Shown piece by piece: positions 33,651 to 42,531 of a DNA stretch of 64,000 nt; positions within the stretch are counted from its first letter, which is position 1; every line of letters begins with the position of its first letter. The DNA comes from Nanobdellota archaeon (GTDB lineage: Archaea; Nanobdellota; Nanobdellia; Pacearchaeales; GW2011-AR1), in assembly GCA_038045765.1 (NCBI GenBank), contig JBBSXN010000005.1:136218-200217 (forward strand), read 5' to 3'. The notes beneath the pieces were generated by a model. It saw only the letters and a program-made list of their open reading frames with translations. It had not been told where the DNA came from and ran no database searches. A program made the position numbers and the translations under genes.

Positions 33651-36600
33651 AAATAATTTATTTATTGGTTTTAGCTGGATTGGTATTTGCTAGTATTGCT
33701 GGTGTTTATGCACAATCAACTGGATTTTATGGTGGAGTTGGAAGCAGTTCCTTTGTGAATCAACAGCTTTCTAGACCTAGTTTTCAAACATATTACGGAG
33801 AAGATAATCGATTAGGAACTTACTGGCCTATTTTGAATGATAAGGCTAGTTGTGAAGGAAGAGAAGATTTCATATTACAAGTTTCTCCAGGTGGTTGCCA
33901 GCCAGCAGTTGTTAGAAGCGATTTACTAGAAGATCAGAACGTTCCAGTATTTTGTCAAGTAGATGCTTTACAAATTAATCCTTTAATCGATGTTAAGGAA
34001 ATAAGAAATATAAGATTTAGTGGAAAGTATCCTGATAATGTTGCAGGTGTTGGTTTTCATCCTGCTAAGGCTGCTTTGAGAACAAACGATATATTGCTAG
34101 GAAGCCCAGTAATAAATAATATTGGATATGTGGTTGTTGTTTTGAAGAGAGTGCAGAATGAATCTTCTATAAAAGATGTATTAAATATGAATTTAACTGC
34201 ACAGTTAGATTATCAAGCAGGAAATGCTTATGGAATTGGAAAGAGCGAGTATTATTTAGAACCTAGTGATGATAAATCTTGGAACGAGAATAGACATAAG
34301 CAAGGATTTTTCCAAGGACAGTATTTTGTAAGATTAGATGATGTAGATGCTAATTTTGCACAAGTTTCTTTGTATAAGGGAGATGTTAGAATAACAAGTA
34401 CTAAGGTACAATTAGGAAGAGAATCTGCAGATATATTTTTACCAGGATTTTATTGTGGTGCAGGTTTGAAAGTTGCTTATGATGGTTTTGTTGCTAAGCA
34501 AGATAAAGCAAGAATTGAAATAAGAGATGAGAGAGGAGTTGATAGTTTCGATGCTTACAGAGGAAGCACATTTTTAGATGGTAATTGCAGAGTTGATAAT
34601 TTGAATGTTAATGGTGATGGAAGTACAGGTATTTTAGAAGCAAGTTGTTATGGTAAGAGATTTGTTTTGAGTTTAGGTGTGAAAGATCCTCTTAATAAGA
34701 CTGGCGAGTCAAATGTTAAGAATGATGATAAGATTAGACCAGAAGTATTAAATTATTTAACTGAGACTTTGAAAGCTTATGAAAATGTTGCTGATGATTA
34801 TCCTCAGGAAACTAAAAAGGATAGTGCAGGAGTTAGGACTTATGGAGAAGCAGCACTTAGTCAAGCTATCCAAATAGCTAATGATAATAAGCAGTTTAGT
34901 ACTGAAGTAAGATTGAGAAATAAGTTTATTGAATTGTATCCTAATTCATTAGAAGCTGATGGTTATAAGAAAATTGTGCAAGATAGATTGAATTTTGATT
35001 ATGTTGATGCTGTTAAAGTTATTGATATTGGAAGTAGGCCTAGAACTGTGAGTTTAATTAGATTTGAGAAATTACAGAGTCAAGAGAGTAAGGCTAAAGC
35101 ATTATTTTTAATTGGAGGAAGTCAAAGGACATTAAGACTTGGAGAGGAAAGCAAAGAGGGAGATAAAACATTAAGATTAGTTTATATTGATTCGAGCAAT
35201 GCTAAAATTGATTGTAGCAGTGTTAAAAATAATAATGTGGTGAAGAGTCCTACTCTTTCTTTGAGAATTGGGCAGAATGGTAATTTATGTGGAGATGCAG
35301 GTAATAAGATTACATTATTAGAAGTTCAGGATGTGGATAGAGTAGCAAGAATAAGATTAATTCCACATGCAAAGAATCCTACTACTCAAACTAACTTAAG
35401 TTTAAGTATTGGAATTGAGAAAAGAGCAATTCAGTTGAGTCCTGAGAAAACTGAATTAAAGATAAAGAATTTAAATAAGAGCATTGAGAATTGGGAAAAG
35501 ATTTCTAAGAGTCTTGGAAAAGTAGTTACTGGATTGAAAACAGCTTGTTTTGCTACTGCTGGAGTTTTAACTATAAAGAATTTGCTTGATGGTGTTGGAG
35601 GAGAAGCACTTGCTAGACAACAGACAATGACTGGACCTGGAGGATGGACTGAGAAGTGCGGACAGATGGTTGCTAAGAAAGAGAAAGGATATACTAGTAT
35701 GACTCAATGTTATAATGGTGAAGCTGATAAAATAAATGCAGATGTTAAAACTAGAACAGATGCTTTGACGAAAGTTAATGAGAATATAGCTCAAGTAGAA
35801 AAAGATCCTAGTATTGTTACTAAGGGTGTTTTGGAATCAACTGTTAATGTTGATAAGGCTAAATTAGCTTATGCTCAAAAGTTGAAGAATCAAGGATTGG
35901 ATGTTCCAACTGATGAGAAGACTTTGAAATATATTACCTATAGTGATTTAAGGGAACTAGAATATAATTCAATATTAAAGAGTAAAGGTCTTTCTGTTAA
36001 TCAAGATAAAGTTAATAGTGATTATGATTTAGTCAGTAATAAAATTAAAGCTAGTAGAGAAATGACTGAGCTCGCTAGTCAATCTCAACTTGTTAGTAAT
36101 AGTCTTACTGGTGATAGTGCTGGTAAAATTGGTGATTTACCTAATGCGAATGTTGCAAGAACAAGAGTTTACAAGTTGTCTGATGGCAAAGTTGAAGGAA
36201 AAGAAATTAAGGCTTTACCTGTTGATGTTAAACCTAGCGCAGTTTCATTTTTAATAGGAAGTAAAGCTATATATGACAAAAATGGAAATTCTGAAGGGTA
36301 TACAAATCCTCAGAAATTTATGGTTGTTGGAACTCTAGATGGCAAAGGAGTTTTACAAGGACAACAAGTCTACAATATTACTGAAACTAATGATAAAATA
36401 GAAATAACTGGTCAACCTAAAGACGGTAATAATGTAAATGCATTTTTAGCTAGTTATAAAGTAGCACAGATAAAAGATACTGGTGCGCAGAAGTTTGGAA
36501 ATCCAATTATATCTGCGAATCAAGAAGTTAGATATTTTGGAAGTGGGACTTATGATGGTTTTGCTGCTACAGTTCCATTTGATATAATAGAGGGTTGGTA

Positions 36601-38854
36601 TGTTAATGTTAAACCTACTCTTGGAGTTGGTAATCAGCAAGTGAATTATGATAAATCTGGAGCACCAAGAGTATTTGATATATGTAATGTTGGAGATGAT
36701 TCTACTATTGATTCTAAAGATGAATGTCAGACAATCCATGTCGGAGTTAATGATAATGAACCTGTTCTTGGATTGGCTGCAGATAAATCGAGAAGTTTAA
36801 TTTCTAAAGCTAAACAAGCACTTATTGAGGCTGCTAGTCAGAGAGGAAGTAGTGTTGTAAGTGTTAATGGCCAGAAGATGAGAGTTGGAGAAAGAATGGC
36901 TGCTGTTTCAGGAATGCAGTGTCAAGACTTTATGAAACCTGAAGATTGTAAGTTATTGTTTAATGTTTGTGATCCAGTTATATGTCCTGCAAGTAGATGT
37001 AATTTTGGAGGGAAGTATCAAGTTGATGATGTAATTCAGACCGGAATTGTTGGAGGAGCATTGCTATGTTTACCAAATGCTCAAGAAGGAATAATTGCAC
37101 CCGTTTGTTTATCAGGTATACAGGCAGGTGTTGATGGATATTTGAGCGTTATGAAATCTTATAGAAGTTGTTTGCAGGAGAACTTGAAGACTGGAAAGTT
37201 GATTGGAGTTTGTGATCAGATACATTCTATTTATATGTGTGATTTCTTCTGGAGACAGTTTAGTCCATTAGCTAATGTTTTAGTTCCTAAAGTAGTTGAA
37301 TCGCTTTATTCAGGAAAAGCTGGAGGAGAAGTAAGAAATGGTGGAGAGTATCTTACTACTAAAACTGCTTTTGATAATACTAAGAAATCAGTAGACTTCT
37401 TTACTCAGAGCTATGCAGTTAATTCATTAAAAGCATTTCAAGCAAGATCAAGTGTGGAAGTTGGTGCTTTGGTTTGTAAGAGTTTTGTTTCTTCACAGTC
37501 TCCTAAGTCCTTTAAGAATTTAGTTGAGCCAGATAGTCCTCCTCAGTTTTTCGCACAGTTTGATTCAATTAGATTTACAGATACTACCATTCCTCCAACT
37601 GCACAGTATAAAGTATTTTATCATATATTTGCAGGAAAGGATAGGGGAGTTCAGTATAATATTTATTTGAAGAATCCTCCTACATCTAGTGAATATTTTG
37701 CAAATCCAACTATACAAGTTGAATCTGGTTTTATTGGATTAGGGCAGACAGTAGATAAAGCAAAAGACTTTACAGCTCCAGAAGGATATAAAGAGTTGTG
37801 TGTAAGAATAAATGATAGAGAGTATTGCGGATTTAAGCAAGTTACAACTGATTTTGGTTTGAATTATCTTAAGGATGAGTATGTTAAAGATCAGCTTCAA
37901 AATACAAATATTCAGAATGCTGAAGAGTGTATATACGGAACTCCTGATTTGAAAGGCGCATTAGCAAATACAAATCCTCAATTTGCTGGAGAAGAAGCAG
38001 GACTACCTCAAATATACAAGAGAGGAATAGTTAGGATATGTGCAAGTAGTAATCCAGGTGCTTCAACTAATTCTGAAAGATATCAAGCAGTAGGAAAGTG
38101 TGATGATAATAAGCAGTGCTGGCTTGATAAGCAGAGCGTAAATAATGCTTTGATAGATACAAACGCAGTTAAGAATATTGGCGCAAGGAATGAAACTTTG
38201 GATAAATTAAGTAAAGAACAGATTGCAAATCTCGGAAAGGATAATGCTGAACTTTATATAAAAGCTGAAGATAGTGAGAAAATAAAATTGAAAGTTAACG
38301 ATATAAAGACAAATACTAATGCTTTAGTAGATAACGGTGATTTGAAAAATATAGTTAAAAAAATAGTTGACGATATTGATTCATTTGTTGTAAAACATTT
38401 ATTTTATAACGAACATAAAGCTGAGTTTCTTTATTTGAAAGCTGAAGTTTATGGAAAAGCATTGAGTATTGTTAATCCAAAGAAAGCAGATGCTCAACTT
38501 TCAGCAACTGGTTCAACTATTGATTCTACGTCTGCTAGTAATAATCAAGTTAGTAATGTTCCTGTCGTTGAGGATAAATTAAGTTTTGATGAGGAATTTA
38601 GTTTGAGTGGAGGGAAGTCATATTTAGTATATTTAAATGATAAAGAATCAGGAGTATTAATAAATAATAAAGGAGTTTATTTTAATGCGAACAAGATTGG
38701 TAGTTTTAAAGTATCTGGAGATTTACTTATAATAAATCTTGATTATGATCTAGATGATGTTGTTCTTGTTTCTTTAGGATTAGACCAAAGAGTTGGAAAG
38801 CTGTTAGAAGGCGCAACAATTAAGCTTGGAAGTAAAGAGATCGTTAAGAAATAA
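33647..38854 (+). CDS. giant secreted Cys-rich protein (1735 aa)
   Basis: Uninterrupted 5.2-kb ORF with ATGA overlap to the previous gene. Signal MKIIYLLVLAGLVFASIAGVYA-Q. Roughly thirty Cys, including the cluster CQDFMKPEDCKLLFNVCDPVICPASRC. No family recognised. Confidence 0.75.
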   Translation: MKIIYLLVLAGLVFASIAGVYAQSTGFYGGVGSSSFVNQQLSRPSFQTYYGEDNRLGTYWPILNDKASCEGREDFILQVSPGGCQPAVVRSDLLEDQNVPVFCQVDALQINPLIDVKEIRNIRFSGKYPDNVAGVGFHPAKAALRTNDILLGSPVINNIGYVVVVLKRVQNESSIKDVLNMNLTAQLDYQAGNAYGIGKSEYYLEPSDDKSWNENRHKQGFFQGQYFVRLDDVDANFAQVSLYKGDVRITSTKVQLGRESADIFLPGFYCGAGLKVAYDGFVAKQDKARIEIRDERGVDSFDAYRGSTFLDGNCRVDNLNVNGDGSTGILEASCYGKRFVLSLGVKDPLNKTGESNVKNDDKIRPEVLNYLTETLKAYENVADDYPQETKKDSAGVRTYGEAALSQAIQIANDNKQFSTEVRLRNKFIELYPNSLEADGYKKIVQDRLNFDYVDAVKVIDIGSRPRTVSLIRFEKLQSQESKAKALFLIGGSQRTLRLGEESKEGDKTLRLVYIDSSNAKIDCSSVKNNNVVKSPTLSLRIGQNGNLCGDAGNKITLLEVQDVDRVARIRLIPHAKNPTTQTNLSLSIGIEKRAIQLSPEKTELKIKNLNKSIENWEKISKSLGKVVTGLKTACFATAGVLTIKNLLDGVGGEALARQQTMTGPGGWTEKCGQMVAKKEKGYTSMTQCYNGEADKINADVKTRTDALTKVNENIAQVEKDPSIVTKGVLESTVNVDKAKLAYAQKLKNQGLDVPTDEKTLKYITYSDLRELEYNSILKSKGLSVNQDKVNSDYDLVSNKIKASREMTELASQSQLVSNSLTGDSAGKIGDLPNANVARTRVYKLSDGKVEGKEIKALPVDVKPSAVSFLIGSKAIYDKNGNSEGYTNPQKFMVVGTLDGKGVLQGQQVYNITETNDKIEITGQPKDGNNVNAFLASYKVAQIKDTGAQKFGNPIISANQEVRYFGSGTYDGFAATVPFDIIEGWYVNVKPTLGVGNQQVNYDKSGAPRVFDICNVGDDSTIDSKDECQTIHVGVNDNEPVLGLAADKSRSLISKAKQALIEAASQRGSSVVSVNGQKMRVGERMAAVSGMQCQDFMKPEDCKLLFNVCDPVICPASRCNFGGKYQVDDVIQTGIVGGALLCLPNAQEGIIAPVCLSGIQAGVDGYLSVMKSYRSCLQENLKTGKLIGVCDQIHSIYMCDFFWRQFSPLANVLVPKVVESLYSGKAGGEVRNGGEYLTTKTAFDNTKKSVDFFTQSYAVNSLKAFQARSSVEVGALVCKSFVSSQSPKSFKNLVEPDSPPQFFAQFDSIRFTDTTIPPTAQYKVFYHIFAGKDRGVQYNIYLKNPPTSSEYFANPTIQVESGFIGLGQTVDKAKDFTAPEGYKELCVRINDREYCGFKQVTTDFGLNYLKDEYVKDQLQNTNIQNAEECIYGTPDLKGALANTNPQFAGEEAGLPQIYKRGIVRICASSNPGASTNSERYQAVGKCDDNKQCWLDKQSVNNALIDTNAVKNIGARNETLDKLSKEQIANLGKDNAELYIKAEDSEKIKLKVNDIKTNTNALVDNGDLKNIVKKIVDDIDSFVVKHLFYNEHKAEFLYLKAEVYGKALSIVNPKKADAQLSATGSTIDSTSASNNQVSNVPVVEDKLSFDEEFSLSGGKSYLVYLNDKESGVLINNKGVYFNANKIGSFKVSGDLLIINLDYDLDDVVLVSLGLDQRVGKLLEGATIKLGSKEIVKK

Positions 38855-38870
38855 TTCTTAGAAATTAAAA

Positions 38871-38954
38871 TGCGGGGACAAGGATTCGAACCTTGGAAGG
38901 CACTAAGCCATGGGAGCCTAAATCCCACCCGTTAGACCACTCCGGCATCCCCGC
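38871..38954 (-). tRNA. tRNA-Leu(TAG)
   Basis: Minus strand GCGGGGATGCCGGAGTGGTCTAACGG..., anticodon stem-loop TGGGA-TTTAGGC-TCCCA, long variable arm, T-arm CAAGG-TTCGAAT-CCTTG. Confidence 0.85.
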
Positions 38955-39013
38955 ACAATTAAGGTGAGATTAGAAGTATTTTAAATGTTTAGATTAAAGT
39001 AAAAGCAATTAGA

Positions 39014-39733
39014 TTATCTCTTTGGAGAAATCGTTGTTCCTCGGTATGCTCTTCCAGAAAGAATAGCTTCAAGATTACTAAGGTTTTTTCCGTCTGCTAT
39101 TATTACAGTCATATTATGTTCTTCTGCTAATATACTTGCTATGGGGTCGAAAGGAGTATTCATCCCTGGTATCCATTTATCTCCAACTATTTTTCTAAAA
39201 TCTCCCCAATGAATATCTATTAATCTTTTGGCATCAGTATGTTTTTTTGGGTCTTTATCATAGGCGTAAGGAATATTACTTAAGTTAATAACTCTCTTAA
39301 CTCCATTTACCTGGGCCATCTTTACAGCTATGTAATCTGTGCTGTTTCCAGGTTTATAACCTGCTCCAACAACTACTGGATAATTTGTTTCTAATTTTCT
39401 TCCAGGGAAAGTTACTATTTCAGGTCTAGCTATATCTTGAAATATTGTTCTTACAAATTGCGCATTGTTTCTTGTCGCATGAATACCTATCCAATCTTCA
39501 TCTTCTTTAGTTATATTAGGGTTTACCAATTTAGCTGCATTAATGTAGCTTCTAGCAGTTATACCTCCACCAGCTATTAAGTAGAATTGTTGATCTTTAG
39601 TATACCTCCTTATTAATGTACTAAACTCTTTTAGATATTCGAAATCAACATTTGTCCCTGAGTCTGGAACGATTTCACCTAGAACTGGTACGATCAAAGA
39701 ACCGCCTAGACTAATGACTGTTTTATCTTTCAT
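39014..39733 (-). CDS. pyrH: archaeal-type UMP kinase (amino-acid kinase fold)
   Basis: VISLGGSLIVP N-terminus and IAGGGITARSYINAAK, as in archaeal PyrH (GGG..AR.YI). Confidence 0.7.
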   Translation of the reverse strand: MKDKTVISLGGSLIVPVLGEIVPDSGTNVDFEYLKEFSTLIRRYTKDQQFYLIAGGGITARSYINAAKLVNPNITKEDEDWIGIHATRNNAQFVRTIFQDIARPEIVTFPGRKLETNYPVVVGAGYKPGNSTDYIAVKMAQVNGVKRVINLSNIPYAYDKDPKKHTDAKRLIDIHWGDFRKIVGDKWIPGMNTPFDPIASILAEEHNMTVIIADGKNLSNLEAILSGRAYRGTTISPKR

Positions 39734-39782
39734 TTCGTTAAGCTGGCAAATAAACTGTTATAAACTTTTAGGTGGTGTAATT

Positions 39783-40718
39783 TCACTCTTTTTTCTTTGT
39801 CTTATCAACTGCTAGAACCTTTGCTTTTAACTTATCTTCAAGTTTTAATCTGTCTATTAATTCTTTGTATCTGTTTCTTATTGTGACTTCAGTTATGCCT
39901 GCTACATCGGCTACTTCTCTTTGTGTTTTCTTTTCATCATTGATTAAGGCTGCTACGTATAGTGCTGCTGCTGCTATTCCTGCAGGTCCACGGCCGGAGG
40001 TTAATTCAGATACATCTGCTCTTTTTAAGATTTTAAGGGCTTCATTTTGTGCTTTTGGAGATAAGTGTAAGATTGAAGAGAAACGAGAGATATAGTCTTT
40101 TGGAGAGCTAGGCGTGACTTTTATTTTTATCTTTCTTACTATGAAACGATATGTTCTACCTATTTCTTTTCTTTCTACATCGGATGCTGAAGCGATTTCA
40201 TCTAATGTTCTAGGAATGTTATATGAACGACAGGCTGCATAAATACAAGCAGCAATTACTGATTCCATAGATCTTCCTCTTACGAGACCTCTTTGCAAAA
40301 CATAGTTGTATACTCTCGATGCTTCATCTCTTACTACTGATGGTAGGCTTAGGAATGAGGCTACACGTCTTAATTCAGCCATTGCTAATCTAAGGTTTCT
40401 TTCAATAGAAGTTGATACTCTTTCCTGCCATTTCTTTAAACGAAGGAATTTTCTTGTTTGACCTGCTTCTAATCTGTAAATGTCCGAGATTTCTCCTACG
40501 TTTGTTGTAAGACCCTTATCGAATTTTTGCATAGACATAGGAGCACCACCACGACCTTTCTTGTCAGATTTGTCAAATTGCCCACCCATATCCTGGCCAG
40601 TGTCAACCATTTTTTCTTCTACAATAAGTCCGCATTCATTACAAATTATTTCTCCTTTGTGATCGTCGTAAGTTAAGTTTACGCTTCCACATTCAGGGCA
40701 TCTTTTTACATAGCTCAT
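39783..40718 (-). CDS. tfb: transcription initiation factor TFB (TFIIB)
   Basis: N-terminal Zn ribbon CPECGS...CNECG, B-finger/linker, two cyclin-fold repeats, C-terminal HTH QREVADVAGITEVTIRNRYKEL. Confidence 0.95.
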   Translation of the reverse strand: MSYVKRCPECGSVNLTYDDHKGEIICNECGLIVEEKMVDTGQDMGGQFDKSDKKGRGGAPMSMQKFDKGLTTNVGEISDIYRLEAGQTRKFLRLKKWQERVSTSIERNLRLAMAELRRVASFLSLPSVVRDEASRVYNYVLQRGLVRGRSMESVIAACIYAACRSYNIPRTLDEIASASDVERKEIGRTYRFIVRKIKIKVTPSSPKDYISRFSSILHLSPKAQNEALKILKRADVSELTSGRGPAGIAAAALYVAALINDEKKTQREVADVAGITEVTIRNRYKELIDRLKLEDKLKAKVLAVDKTKKKE

Positions 40719-40805
40719 AGAATTTTTACCAAAAGGTTTAAAAGCTTATGTCAAAGGAGAGTATTTAAGGCTTTCGGTAGGTGTTTTTAGATATAGACGA
40801 GAAAA

Positions 40806-41138
40806 TTATCGAGAGTCTAACAATTCATCTCCAAATTTACGATATATAGTAGGATTAATTAGCATATCTTCAAAGGTTGTTAATATTCCAGTCCATGCTT
40901 CCAGTAATGATTTTGCATTATATGTTGATGCTTGATAAGTATTAAATTTTCTCCCAGTTGTATGGAAGTTTACACAATACGGTTTACCAGTATGATCTGC
41001 TAAAACTTCTAATTTAGAATTTATTGGTTTGAATCCCTCATTTCCTGCTTTTTGAATTGGAAGATTTGTAATTTGAGCAGGGCTTACCATTTCACCTGTT
41101 AATTCAGATATTCTAGAGGCTATTTGTTCTATGTTCAT
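40806..41138 (-). CDS. hypothetical protein (110 aa) co-transcribed with eS8
   Basis: ATGA-type 4-nt overlap with the eS8 stop. No family recognised. Confidence 0.45.
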   Translation of the reverse strand: MNIEQIASRISELTGEMVSPAQITNLPIQKAGNEGFKPINSKLEVLADHTGKPYCVNFHTTGRKFNTYQASTYNAKSLLEAWTGILTTFEDMLINPTIYRKFGDELLDSR

Positions 41139-41497
41139 TCTTTTATTAAGATGCCGTTAATTTGACCTTCTTGATTTGGACGATTGGTTATTCTAGCTTT
41201 TCCTAGAGATGTTTCAATTATTGCTGATTTTAAAAGCCTGTTTTGTCTTGAAAAGAATTTGTTTTGAGGAGTTTCTATTACATTGATTATTTTTGCTTGT
41301 TTAGATTTACCATTTTCCATAATGTTAATTGTATCTGCTTTAAGAGTAATTGTTTTCATTTTTCCAGATCTTATTCTTATTTGCTTTGTTTTAGGCTCGC
41401 CTAATGTTGCATGTCTTGCTTGACCTGATCTAGCATAGAGCTTACTCTTCTTCTGCTTATGATATCTTCCGCCTGATATTTTTCTTCCTCGGTTCAT
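41135..41497 (-). CDS. rps8e: ribosomal protein eS8 (S8e)
   Basis: MNRGRKISGGRYHKQKKSKLYARSGQARHATLGE... is the typical S8e N-terminus. Confidence 0.9.
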   Translation of the reverse strand: MNRGRKISGGRYHKQKKSKLYARSGQARHATLGEPKTKQIRIRSGKMKTITLKADTINIMENGKSKQAKIINVIETPQNKFFSRQNRLLKSAIIETSLGKARITNRPNQEGQINGILIKE

Positions 41498-41523
41498 AAA
41501 TATGAGTTAGAAATATGGTATAT

Positions 41524-41547
41524 AAAGATTTCCCTAGGGAAATCTTT
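41524..41547. promoter_or_regulatory. perfect 24-bp palindrome fused to the TATA box of the eS8 promoter
   Basis: AAAGATTTCCCT|AGGGAAATCTTT. Module TATAAAGATTTCC recurs at 41575-41587, followed by hairpin ATTTCC-ttc-GGAAAT. Confidence 0.4.
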
Positions 41548-41675
41548 AACCTTCTATTCTCATGAATCTTCAAGTATAAAGATTTCCTTCGGAAATATTT
41601 GAGTATTTTTCTCCAGTGGAAAAATAGGTATTTTAGTTGCGATAAGTTTAAATATGAATGAAATGAAAAAGAAAT

Positions 41676-41930
41676 ATGGCCACAAAAATTGAGAGACCTC
41701 TAGACCTTTTGAACGCATCAAAGGGAAAAGAAGTCCTTGTTCAATTAAAAGGTGACAAGCAGTTTGTAGGCACATTGATGGCGTTTGATATACACATCAA
41801 TGTTGTTCTTGACAACGCTAAAGAACTAGAAAATGGAGGAGTAAAGAAAAATATTGGTATAACCTTCTTAAGAGGCGATACAATAATCTTTATCTCACCT
41901 GCTTCAACTTCTCACTCGCTGAACAAGTAA
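41676..41930 (+). CDS. Sm-like archaeal protein (SmAP/LSm)
   Basis: Sm1/Sm2 motifs: PLDLLNASKGKEVLVQLKGDKQFVGTLMAFDIHINVVLDNA ... FLRGDTIIFISP. Confidence 0.9.
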   Translation: MATKIERPLDLLNASKGKEVLVQLKGDKQFVGTLMAFDIHINVVLDNAKELENGGVKKNIGITFLRGDTIIFISPASTSHSLNK

Positions 41931-42033
41931 TTTAGGTTTATTATTGATTTACCTGTAAGTTCAACTTATATGGGTTTTAGATTAGTTTGGACTTTGCAAT
42001 AATACTTAAATAGCCTTTTATGAATATTTTTTT

Positions 42034-42531
42034 ATGCATGAAAATGTAAGAAGAGATTGTTTAACTTTAATGAGAAAATATCCTTCTTTAGAAGAATTTG
42101 CTCGAAGTTTTGGTCAAGTAAAAGAATTGCCTTCTTCAGATGAGTTAGCTAGATTAGTTAATTCTAGAATTAAATATGTTGATTTTTCAGGACTTTCCAA
42201 GTTAGGAAGCCATATCGGATTTATTATTCAAGATGAAGCAGATTTTAGAGAAGAATGGGGATATATTAGCAACCATTCTGGAGAACTTTTCGGTATTATT
42301 CGCCTTTCTCTTAAATCCAGGTTAAGAGAATATGTATTAGCACACGAATTAGGTCATGTAATTGTACCTGCTTTGGCCGTTGTTAATAATTTTATTTATT
42401 TTCCAGATAAATTAGATATGATGAGCAGGGATTATAATGAAGAAAGATATTTGCATCAATTTGCCGCGAAATTGACTAAAACTCCTTTAGAGAGTTTGCC
42501 TAAAGACTTCCAAGATAATTATTTTAAATAG
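42034..42531 (+). CDS. zincin-like protein with HExxH (ImmA/IrrE-like), tentative
   Basis: REYVLAHELGHVIVP motif in a 165-aa soluble protein. No partner HTH gene adjacent. Confidence 0.45.
   Translation: MHENVRRDCLTLMRKYPSLEEFARSFGQVKELPSSDELARLVNSRIKYVDFSGLSKLGSHIGFIIQDEADFREEWGYISNHSGELFGIIRLSLKSRLREYVLAHELGHVIVPALAVVNNFIYFPDKLDMMSRDYNEERYLHQFAAKLTKTPLESLPKDFQDNYFK

Noticed and set aside
41560-41775. 71-aa minus-strand ORF
   Set aside because: It overlaps the well-supported Sm-protein gene start and the promoter palindromes. Low-complexity hydrophobic translation, likely spurious.
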